Shown in pieces: positions 55,856 through 64,000 of a stretch of DNA of 64,000 nucleotides. This stretch comes from Patescibacteria group bacterium (GTDB lineage Bacteria > Patescibacteriota > Minisyncoccia > Phycocordibacterales > Phycocordibacteraceae). A program made the translations under genes and the position numbers. The notes beneath the pieces are model-generated. The model ran no database searches and had not been told where the DNA came from. It worked only from the letters and a program-made list of their open reading frames with translations. The stretch is from assembly GCA_029260935.1 (NCBI GenBank), contig JAJDCJ010000005.1, positions 16,073-80,072 of the forward strand. Direction: 5' to 3'. How positions within the stretch are numbered: the first letter of the stretch is position 1; each line of letters begins with the position of its first letter.

Positions 55856-56794
55856 ATGATAGACCGAAAATCACTCGGTATTCTTGCAGTTGCGACACTG
55901 ATTGCGCTCGGTGCCATAGGCCTTGCCATCGTCTTTGCATCTCAGAAACCACAAGATGCTACTGTAGCCGAAATTTCGGTTGTAGAAAATCGCCTCGCAG
56001 ATGCTGTTTCCGCGTCAGTTGTGGGCGGAAACCAAAACCAAGATCCTGACGAAGACGGTCTTTTAAACTGGAGAGAAACTTTGTGGGGCACTGACCCTCA
56101 TAACCCAGACACTGATGGAGATGGTGTTTCAGATGGAGAAGAAGTTGCACTCGGTGCTAACCCACTCAAACACGGCACTGAATTAATTTCAGAAAATGAC
56201 ACATACGAGGCTCCTCGTGGACTCGCTCCAACCGATGCACTGGCGCGCGAGATATTTATTGGCTACGCAAATGCAAAACAAGATGGAGAGTTTAGTGAAG
56301 AAGAAATAAGTGTTGCTTTTGCCGATATTCTTGCGCGGAAAATACAAGAAGGTACTGAAGTGAAAAAAGTCTATACTCTTTCTGATATTTTAATTGATCC
56401 ACAACTTTCAATTGAAGAGTATGAACGCGCATTTTCTTCAATTATCAGAAAAACAACTGCTGTGCGCGAGTATGAATTAAATGTCTTTTCACGTGCAGTG
56501 ACTGATGGACAATCAAGCGAACTTACAAAACTCATCACCAGTGCTCTTATATACGAGACCGTGCGTGATGAATTGTTGACACTCAACGTTCCTGAAAGAG
56601 TCGCCCGCGAACACCTGGAAGCAATAAATACTCTCTCAGGACTTGCCAGCGCGACCACAAACTTGAGCGCCTGGAGCGGTGATCCATTTGACGCGCTTGC
56701 TTTGGTTAATAGTTTTTCTAATGCTGAAGATGATTTTTCAGATGGACTACTTGGTCTCTACTCATTAGTGCGTGCCATTGAGCAACAATCATGA
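55856..56794 (+). CDS. Membrane-anchored protein with bacterial thrombospondin-3-like Ca-binding repeats
   Basis: DPDEDGL...GTDPHNPDTDGDGVSDGEEV. Confidence 0.85.
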   Translation: MIDRKSLGILAVATLIALGAIGLAIVFASQKPQDATVAEISVVENRLADAVSASVVGGNQNQDPDEDGLLNWRETLWGTDPHNPDTDGDGVSDGEEVALGANPLKHGTELISENDTYEAPRGLAPTDALAREIFIGYANAKQDGEFSEEEISVAFADILARKIQEGTEVKKVYTLSDILIDPQLSIEEYERAFSSIIRKTTAVREYELNVFSRAVTDGQSSELTKLITSALIYETVRDELLTLNVPERVAREHLEAINTLSGLASATTNLSAWSGDPFDALALVNSFSNAEDDFSDGLLGLYSLVRAIEQQS

Positions 56795-58308
56795 AAAAAA
56801 CACTCTTTACACTTCTGATGATTACCTTTCTTGCAACTCCCGTGCAAGCAGTACACGCGTTAGGGGCAGGAGCTATTGGCTGTGGTGCTGCCTCAGTTGC
56901 AGTTGGCGCAGGATCAGCTGCAGCGTCCCGCGCCATTGGTGCTGAAATTCCCGTGTCCGACCGTGGAACCAGAAAATCACTTTCAGCACTTGAGTCAAAA
57001 GAGTGTATTTTAGACGGCCTTACCGTGGTACTACGCGAAGCGTTGATTGCATCAATTACCCAGAGCATTGTTGACTGGATTAACAACGGCTTTGAAGGGG
57101 GGCCAACTTTTGTAACTGACCTTAGTGCTTTTTTGGGAGAAGTTGCAGACAACACGTCACTTGATTTTATTCACGGTACCGAGTTGGGCTTTTTGTGTAG
57201 CCCGTTTGAACTTGAAGTGCGTTTGGCGCTTTCCGTTGCTCGTCAGCCATTTAGAGAACATATACGGTGCTCTCTTGGAGATGTGACCGACAACATTGAC
57301 GGGTTCTTGTCCGGCGACTTCTCACAAGGCGGGTGGCCCGCGTGGTTTAGGGTACACACATCACTACAAAACCATCCGTACGGCGCCTACTACTTGGCGC
57401 AAGGGGAGTTGAACACACGTCTTGATAGAAGACAACAAGTGGAATTAGAAAAACTTAATTATGGTCAAGGATTTTTATCAAAAGAAAGGTGTTCTACAAA
57501 CCACCTTGGCGAAAGTAGATGTGAAATCGTCACTCCTGGCGCCGTTATCAATGAACAACTCAACAACACACTCTCTTCAGGAACAAGGCAGTTAGAATTA
57601 GCTGACGAGATCGATGAAATTATTGGCGCCTTAATTGCCCAGCTTGCGCAACAAACATTCACTTCGCTTGACGGACTTCGTGGGCTTTCAAGTCGCTCAT
57701 CGTCTTCTTCGCGACGAGTAGACCAGGGGGATAGAAATGGAAATTTTCGCGATACTCCAGCTTCATACCTTGAAGCGATAGCTGACGAAAGTGACTCGTC
57801 GTCAGTTGGCGCTGGGCGAACTATTCTTCTTTCTGATATTGATACGGCAATTGATCTGGAAGAAGAGTACCAAGACGTTCTTAATGGCATCATTGCCAAC
57901 TTGGCTGAGGCAGAAGAGAAGTTTGGTGCGCTCTACCAGTGTTTTGTTGATGTTGCTAACGTGCCGGGTGGTTCAGTAGGCATTAGTTCAACTGCAAACG
58001 ATGGCATCCTCTCAGTGCAAGAGGGTGGTGTAACCACAACACAAATAGAGCGTTATGAACAAGATCGTGAAATTTCAACTAATACTATTGGTAAACTCTT
58101 GGCGGCACGCGCTGAAACCAGAGATGCTCGTAGTGTGAGCGACCTCAATGACGCAGCCGACTCATACGATGCTATTCTTGCCTCAGGTGTTGTGCACTCA
58201 AGTGCTGACATCATTTTCCTCTCGGAAGATTTTGAAGCACAAAAAGGCGCACTTGAAGCGCTCAACAATGAAGCACATGTTGACTTGCGTGAGTGTAGAC
58301 AATTTTAA
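56791..58308 (+). CDS. Secreted/membrane protein of the T4SS-like locus
   Basis: Signal peptide, conserved-looking WINNGFEGGP and IVTPG segments; operon context. Confidence 0.75.
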   Translation: MKKTLFTLLMITFLATPVQAVHALGAGAIGCGAASVAVGAGSAAASRAIGAEIPVSDRGTRKSLSALESKECILDGLTVVLREALIASITQSIVDWINNGFEGGPTFVTDLSAFLGEVADNTSLDFIHGTELGFLCSPFELEVRLALSVARQPFREHIRCSLGDVTDNIDGFLSGDFSQGGWPAWFRVHTSLQNHPYGAYYLAQGELNTRLDRRQQVELEKLNYGQGFLSKERCSTNHLGESRCEIVTPGAVINEQLNNTLSSGTRQLELADEIDEIIGALIAQLAQQTFTSLDGLRGLSSRSSSSSRRVDQGDRNGNFRDTPASYLEAIADESDSSSVGAGRTILLSDIDTAIDLEEEYQDVLNGIIANLAEAEEKFGALYQCFVDVANVPGGSVGISSTANDGILSVQEGGVTTTQIERYEQDREISTNTIGKLLAARAETRDARSVSDLNDAADSYDAILASGVVHSSADIIFLSEDFEAQKGALEALNNEAHVDLRECRQF

Positions 58309-58311
58309 TAT

Positions 58312-60426
58312 ATGTTTAAATTTTTATTCAGCTCATCTTTAGTCCTTACACTAATAGTGACGTTCCTACCTGCTATTTTTGCACTGATAGGTGGAATAGC
58401 TGGTTGTTTTGGTAGTGGTCTCGAGGCTTCATTACCAGGAGGGGAATCAGCAATAGATGCCTGTTATGCTGGCTTCGCGGCTGTTGGTCTTGGAATCTCT
58501 GGGTTCTTTTTAGGCCTCGCAGGTACTTTGTTTGATTTTATGGTCTTTATGTTTGTGACTTCTTTAAGCTCTCTCTTGTCACAAACATCTTTACTTGGTG
58601 AGGCAATTGGAATAGGGTGGAGAGTTTTTCGTGATATCGCAAACCTCGCCTTTATTGCCGGTCTTGTCTGGGCGTCAATTGCAATGATTTTACAGGCAGG
58701 TACAGGCACTAACAAACCAGGCCCCCTTATTATAAAAATACTTATCGCCGCCCTCTTAGTAAACTTTAGCTACTTTTTTGGAGCGGTAATTATTGACGCC
58801 TCTAATTTCGTGTCAAAGAAAGTGTATGAAGAAGCAATCCTTATAGGTGAACCAACCACAAGCATTATAGGAAACCCTCTTGCAGGCGGTGTTAATAATT
58901 TTATAGACCAGGCGCCTATAACCGAACGATTTATGGCTGCAACAGGGCTTGGTTCTCTAGAAAACTTCAGAAACGGAGGAGGTCTTAGCACAGTTGAAGG
59001 TAGTCAACCCCTGCTTATTGCATTTTTAACAATATTTTTATTTTCTGTCGCGACAGGAGTATTTTTTACTGCCGGTTTACTTCTGTTGGGTCGTGTTGCT
59101 GTAATCATTGTTCTTCTGGTAACGTCGCCCGTTGGGGTACTTTATTTTACAGGGCTTCCTGTGGTAAGTGGGTGGGGGAAACAGTGGTGGAAAACACTGC
59201 AAGACCAGGCGCTCTTCCCACCGATTTTTCTTATATTAACCGCAATTAACTTAAAAATTATTGAAGCACTTGCGAGTTCATCGGGTAATGTTGGAGATTT
59301 TATACAATTAATTACCCAGAGCAACTCTGTGCCTGATATTTTTTCAATATTAAACCGTATTGTAATATTTGCCCTCGCCAGCTTACTCATAAAGATGTCT
59401 CTTGATGTTGCCAAAAACATGGCTCAAGGAATTGAAGTTACTCTCCCCACTGCAAAAGGTATCTACAAATACCCAATTGCAATAGGTGGCCTAATTTCAA
59501 GAGAATCAATAAAGAAGGTACTGGGGGGAGGGGTAAAAGCTGTTGCGAGAGATGTATCAAAAGTGTATGGTCCTGCCTTTAAGGATGTTGGCAGGGGTCT
59601 TGGTGCCACAGGCGACGCTACGCTTACTGCATTTGATAAAGCTGATGAAGCTCTATATCGGTCAGTCGGTCTTGGCTCTCTTCTTGAAGGGAAACCTCTA
59701 TCCGCCGGAAGGTTTAGCGAAGAGGTAAAGAAAGAGCGTTTGAGAAGAATTAAAGACATTTCAAGAAAAGACCCAAGTGCTGTTACTGACGCGGATAGAA
59801 AATACTGGGAGAAAACTTCAGAAGAGGTTCGCGAACAAGCACTTAAAAAAGCCAGCGGGAAGCAAAGGAAAACCCTACTTGAGCTTGAGGCCGGCTCTTC
59901 AGTAACAACATCCGCTTCAGGTAAAAAAGAGGAACCTGAAAAAACAGACGACAGCAAAGGCGACACTAAAGAACCTAAAAAAGAGAAACCAGACGATACA
60001 AAACCAAGTGGTAAAGACACGACAAGCGCTTCACTTTCATCTACAATTTCACAAATTGAAGGCGCTATACGAAGCGGGGACCAGAGGCAACTCTCTAAGC
60101 TGAATGATCTTACCAACCAAGAAGTTTACGAAGTGCTTCTTGCACGTAAATCACTTCTTAGCGACCAAAGAAATACTGAAAAACTTGCCCGCGCACTTGG
60201 TGGCGACAGATTTAATGAGGTTATCAAAGAACTTCCTCCTGAGACTATTACTAAAGAAATAATAACAGCAGTTGCCCCACACCTTAATGAAACTGGCTAT
60301 GGTGCACTGAAAACACGCTCAGACTTAAAAGAAGACCAGCGCAGATTCCTTGACTCTCAAATGCAACAAAAAAACGCTGCGGTAAAAAGAAACTTTGAGA
60401 CCGGGCCTGCAGGATCAATATTCTAA
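58312..60426 (+). CDS. VirB6/TrbL-like polytopic membrane protein
   Basis: GWRVFRDIAN, AALLVNFS, multiple TMs, charged C-terminal tail. Confidence 0.65.
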   Translation: MFKFLFSSSLVLTLIVTFLPAIFALIGGIAGCFGSGLEASLPGGESAIDACYAGFAAVGLGISGFFLGLAGTLFDFMVFMFVTSLSSLLSQTSLLGEAIGIGWRVFRDIANLAFIAGLVWASIAMILQAGTGTNKPGPLIIKILIAALLVNFSYFFGAVIIDASNFVSKKVYEEAILIGEPTTSIIGNPLAGGVNNFIDQAPITERFMAATGLGSLENFRNGGGLSTVEGSQPLLIAFLTIFLFSVATGVFFTAGLLLLGRVAVIIVLLVTSPVGVLYFTGLPVVSGWGKQWWKTLQDQALFPPIFLILTAINLKIIEALASSSGNVGDFIQLITQSNSVPDIFSILNRIVIFALASLLIKMSLDVAKNMAQGIEVTLPTAKGIYKYPIAIGGLISRESIKKVLGGGVKAVARDVSKVYGPAFKDVGRGLGATGDATLTAFDKADEALYRSVGLGSLLEGKPLSAGRFSEEVKKERLRRIKDISRKDPSAVTDADRKYWEKTSEEVREQALKKASGKQRKTLLELEAGSSVTTSASGKKEEPEKTDDSKGDTKEPKKEKPDDTKPSGKDTTSASLSSTISQIEGAIRSGDQRQLSKLNDLTNQEVYEVLLARKSLLSDQRNTEKLARALGGDRFNEVIKELPPETITKEIITAVAPHLNETGYGALKTRSDLKEDQRRFLDSQMQQKNAAVKRNFETGPAGSIF

Positions 60427-60434
60427 AAAGAACT

Positions 60435-61046
60435 ATGGCAACGCTACCCACAAAAGAAGAAATTAAAAAAGCCTACCAACAGGCACCCGAGTATATACAA
60501 ACATACATCATCTCAAAAGAGCTCGCGGATGTTTTTAATACCATCCGTACTGCTTACAAACTTCATTTTGATGAGGCGGGGCAAATTAGCATTGCACTAA
60601 ACGCTGTTTTTTTGGAGGTACGTCCTACAGCCGAGTTTCCCGACCTTTTGAAGGTGGCGCTTGAACAAAACGGTGATAAGTATGACGTGGTGTTAAAAGA
60701 TATAAACGAAAAGATATTTACTGTCTTTAGAGAAAAAGTGCTTACACGAAAAACAGAAACACCTGAAATGCAAAGTGCTCAAAAAGAGGTGCCCAAAACA
60801 CCAACAGTAGTACCTACACCTCCTGAAAAAGAAAATGATATTCCACTTGTTTCAGTTCCCGAAACACAGCCAAAACCAGACCCTATAAATCAGTTAGAAA
60901 AAACCGTTTCCAACGCTACCGAAACTGTTTCAGTTAATACACTTGAAGATGAAACTACTCCTAAACCAAAGTTAAGAGAAGAGGTAGAACAAGCAGATAA
61001 AAAATACACACAAGGCGCTGACCCGTACCGCGAGGTATTAGACTAG
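60435..61046 (+). CDS. Hypothetical protein
   Basis: 203-aa ORF with Pro/Thr linker and terminal DPYRE motif. Confidence 0.8.
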   Translation: MATLPTKEEIKKAYQQAPEYIQTYIISKELADVFNTIRTAYKLHFDEAGQISIALNAVFLEVRPTAEFPDLLKVALEQNGDKYDVVLKDINEKIFTVFREKVLTRKTETPEMQSAQKEVPKTPTVVPTPPEKENDIPLVSVPETQPKPDPINQLEKTVSNATETVSVNTLEDETTPKPKLREEVEQADKKYTQGADPYREVLD

Positions 61047-61098
61047 GTGGTAGGGATTAGCTCTGTATCCCCACCGCTGAGTGCTGTATGCTGTATAT

Positions 61099-61527
61099 AT
61101 GCGTTTCCAAGTACCACAGTTTATTGAAGTTGAAGATAAAATCTTTGGCCCGCTTACCGTAACCCAGTTTATTTACCTCGCAGGTGGCGTGGGTTTCCTG
61201 GTGGCGCTTTTATTAGTACTCCCTATATGGCTTGCGGTCATTCTTGGTGGTCCTATTGCAGTGTTTGGTGCGGCGCTTGCTTTTTATAAAGTAAATGACC
61301 GGCCATTTGTGGTGGCCCTCCAGGCTGGTGTTGAGTTTTTCCTTAGGGATAAGCTCTATGTGTGGGACAAAACAAAGAAAGAGCAAGAAAAAATAAAACC
61401 TGAAGAGGTTACAAAAGAGTCAGACGCTCTGAAGTATGTACCAGCAACAACGTCCAGTAAAATTAAAGATCTGTCCTGGAGTCTTGATATTAAAGAAAGT
61501 TTATATAGTGATGAAAAACAGAAGTGA
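61099..61527 (+). CDS. PrgI family (VirB3-like) protein
   Basis: FQVPQFIEVEDKIFGPLT, two TMs, NDRPF. Confidence 0.88.
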   Translation: MRFQVPQFIEVEDKIFGPLTVTQFIYLAGGVGFLVALLLVLPIWLAVILGGPIAVFGAALAFYKVNDRPFVVALQAGVEFFLRDKLYVWDKTKKEQEKIKPEEVTKESDALKYVPATTSSKIKDLSWSLDIKESLYSDEKQK

Positions 61528-61529
61528 GC

Positions 61530-62177
61530 ATGCCTGAACAAAAAACAACAAAAACTAAAGCGGCCCAAGACTTTGTACCTGTAAAAGAAGTGCGTGGTGG
61601 TACTATTGTTCTCAAAGACAACACACTAGTTGGCGTACTGCTTGCTTCTAGTTTAAACTTCGCGCTAAAGTCTCAAGACGAACAGGGCGCTATTTTGTCA
61701 CAGTTCCAAAATTTTCTTAACTCACTAGATTTCTCTATTCAGTTTTTTGTGCAATCAAGGAAACTTGATATACGTCCCTACACAGCGCTACTTGAAGAGC
61801 GCCTTTCCGCACAAACTGAGGACCTTATGAAAATACAGGTGCGAGAATACATAGAGTTTGTGCGCTCTTTTACCGAACGCGCAAATATTATGTCAAAGCA
61901 CTTCTTTGTGGTGGTCCCTTACACACCACCTATTTTAGATATTAAAGACAATGTCACCAAACGATTCCTTGGAGGTGGTTCACTAGAGGCAAAAGAAAAG
62001 TCAGTTGGTTTTGAAGAACATCGTACCCAACTTGAACAGCGTATGGCTGTCGTTGAGCAAGGGTTGGTAAGAACAGGCGTACGCACCGTACCGCTTGATA
62101 CCGAGGCGGCAATTGAACTGCTGTACAAAGAATTTAATCCGGGAGAACTTGAAAAACCAATAACGCTTGGGACATAG
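61530..62177 (+). CDS. TraC/VirB4 N-terminal-like T4SS-associated protein
   Basis: SLNFALKSQDEQ, FLNSLDF; lies between PrgI and VirB4-like ATPase. Confidence 0.75.
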   Translation: MPEQKTTKTKAAQDFVPVKEVRGGTIVLKDNTLVGVLLASSLNFALKSQDEQGAILSQFQNFLNSLDFSIQFFVQSRKLDIRPYTALLEERLSAQTEDLMKIQVREYIEFVRSFTERANIMSKHFFVVVPYTPPILDIKDNVTKRFLGGGSLEAKEKSVGFEEHRTQLEQRMAVVEQGLVRTGVRTVPLDTEAAIELLYKEFNPGELEKPITLGT

Positions 62178-62232
62178 GAGGAGGAATGAGTGAGGTGATA
62201 GGTATAAGATGTGAGGTAATAGGTAAGAACAT

Positions 62233-62343
62233 ATGGAGTTAGAAACCGATGTCTTTTACTATACCCAGGTCAATGTATTGTTACATGAAGTAATATGCGT
62301 GTTGAATGTTATGATTTCTAAAGAGAGCAGTGCTAGTGCCTAG
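62233..62343 (+). pseudogene. Possible remnant of a four-helix-bundle (IVS/bAvd-like) gene between heptamer repeats
   Basis: MELETDVFYYTQVNVLLHEVICVLNVMISKESSASA resembles the ELET...LL.EV..MLN.MI.K C-terminus; flanked by 7-mer repeats. Confidence 0.4.
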
Positions 62344-62363
62344 ATGTCTAGCACCTATCTAAT

Positions 62364-64000
62364 ATGGGAATTTTTGATTTTATAAAAAAAGACAAGAAAG
62401 AAGCAGAGTTAACTCCGTTTCTGCCGAAAGATATTTATGAGGCGGCAAAACTTGATTTCGCCGATATTATTGCGCCGAGTGCGCTTAAAATAACACCGCG
62501 CGAAATGAATCTTGGGGATAAACTTGCGCGCACTTTTTACGTGATCTCCTACCCCCGTTTCCTATCTGACAGTTGGTTCTCACCAATTATCAACTTGGAC
62601 AAAGTATTTGATGTTGCAATTTACGTGCACCCCATTGATACCGCCTCTGTCCTGCGCAAGTTCCAGAAAAAAGTCGCTGAAATTCAAAGCCAGGTTATAT
62701 CACGTGAGGAGAAGGGACTGGTACGCGACCCAGTGCTTGATACCGCCTACCGCGACATTGAAGACTTGCGCGACAAGCTACAACAGGCGCAAGAACGTGT
62801 GTTTGATGTAGGTCTGTACATAACTATTTATGGCGACAATTCAGATGAGCTGGATAAAGCGGAAGCTGAAATCCGTTCAATTTTGGATGCAAAACTCGTC
62901 TATGTAAAACCAGCGCTCTTTCAACAAGAGCAGGGGTACAAAAGCGTTATTCCAACCGGGAAAGATTTGTTGGGGGTACATTCAAAACTAAACTCCTCAC
63001 CTCTCTCTTCTTTGTTTCCTTTCCTTTCATTTGACCTGACGTCCGATAGAGGAATTCTCTATGGCATTAACCGCCACAACGCCTCATTAATTCTTTTTGA
63101 CCGTTTTAGTCTTGAAAACTACAACTCAGTGACCTTTGCAAAGTCAGGGTCTGGAAAAAGTTACGCTACCAAACTTGAAATTCTCCGCTCTCTTATGTTT
63201 GACGTTGAGGTGTTGGTGATTGACCCTGAAAGCGAATATGAATACCTGGCAAACGCAGTAGGGGGGCGCTTCTTTAACATTTCACTCTCCTCAGAACACC
63301 ACATCAATCCTTTTGATTTACCAACGCCAAGAGAAGACGAGTCACCACAAGATATTTTGCGCAGTAACATCGTCACCTTGGTAGGGCTGTTCCGCATTAT
63401 GCTCGGTGGCCTTACACCAGAGGAGGACGCTATTATTGACAGAGCAATTACTGAAACCTACGCGCTCAAAGACATTAGTGGTGAAGCTGATTTTTCAAAC
63501 ATGGAACCCCCACTTCTTTCTGACTTTGAGTTAGTGCTTGCCGGCATGGAAGGTTCCGAATCTTTGGTACAGCGTCTTTCAAAATACACTAAAGGCACAT
63601 GGGCTGGCTTTATTAACCGACCCACGAACGTTGATATCAATAAAAAGTTCGTCGCCTTTTCAGTGCGTGACATGGAAGACGACTTGAAACCGGTTGCGAT
63701 GTATATTATTACCCACTACATCTGGAACGCAGTGCGTAAAAACTTACGCAAACGCCTTCTGGTTATTGACGAGGCGTGGTGGATGATGCGCTCTGAAGAC
63801 ACTGCGTCATTTATCTTTTCTATGGCAAAACGCGGACGAAAATATTTCTTGGGGCTTGCTACCGTAACTCAGGACGTACAAGATTTCCTTAACTCACCCT
63901 ACGGACTTCCGCTCATCACCAACTCATCTATTCAGCTGTTGTTAAAACAATCACCAACCTCAATTGACGCAGTACAAAAAACATTTAACTTAACCGAGGA
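62364..64000 (+). CDS. VirB4/TraC-like ATPase, 3' truncated by window
   Basis: Manual translation MGIFDFIKK...IIAPS; AKSGSGKS Walker A, VIDPE, VIDEAW; not in ORF track. Confidence 0.92.
   Translation, partial: MGIFDFIKKDKKEAELTPFLPKDIYEAAKLDFADIIAPSALKITPREMNLGDKLARTFYVISYPRFLSDSWFSPIINLDKVFDVAIYVHPIDTASVLRKFQKKVAEIQSQVISREEKGLVRDPVLDTAYRDIEDLRDKLQQAQERVFDVGLYITIYGDNSDELDKAEAEIRSILDAKLVYVKPALFQQEQGYKSVIPTGKDLLGVHSKLNSSPLSSLFPFLSFDLTSDRGILYGINRHNASLILFDRFSLENYNSVTFAKSGSGKSYATKLEILRSLMFDVEVLVIDPESEYEYLANAVGGRFFNISLSSEHHINPFDLPTPREDESPQDILRSNIVTLVGLFRIMLGGLTPEEDAIIDRAITETYALKDISGEADFSNMEPPLLSDFELVLAGMEGSESLVQRLSKYTKGTWAGFINRPTNVDINKKFVAFSVRDMEDDLKPVAMYIITHYIWNAVRKNLRKRLLVIDEAWWMMRSEDTASFIFSMAKRGRKYFLGLATVTQDVQDFLNSPYGLPLITNSSIQLLLKQSPTSIDAVQKTFNLTE

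Overview
Chromosomal segment of a bacterium that looks like Patescibacteria/CPR (Parcubacteria-like). This is inferred from gene content: type IV pilus and competence genes, a conserved PrgI/VirB4/VirB6-like cluster, truncated trigger factor, no rimP before nusA, and apparently leaderless genes. Most of the window is housekeeping: rpsL (partial), rpmB, split comEC, sod, rnhA, recJ, pgk, tpiA, pilBC and minor pilins, nusA, ppa, comM, dksA, pnp, rpsO, xerC/D, xth, cca, four tRNAs, HU, rny, clpP, tig, pcrA, rsmA. The unusual content is mostly non-coding or below the 60-aa ORF cutoff. (1) A 4.6-kb large-serine-recombinase island at tRNA-Gly(UCC) is built from two abutting inverted-repeat pairs. 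It carries an internal inverted intact attP-like junction that encodes the recombinase's alternative C-terminus, so both the recombinase and its ABC-transporter cargo are potentially invertible. (2) A structured ~190-nt element follows three different tRNA genes, and its variable parts mirror each host tRNA's T-arm. (3) Six unannotated Cys-rich microproteins are present, including a Siah-like C3HC4 RING and metallothionein-like peptides. (4) Many long near-loopless palindromes occur: two pairs each bracket a single gene, and one lies in-frame inside rsmA. All calls come from reading the sequence by eye; no searches were run.
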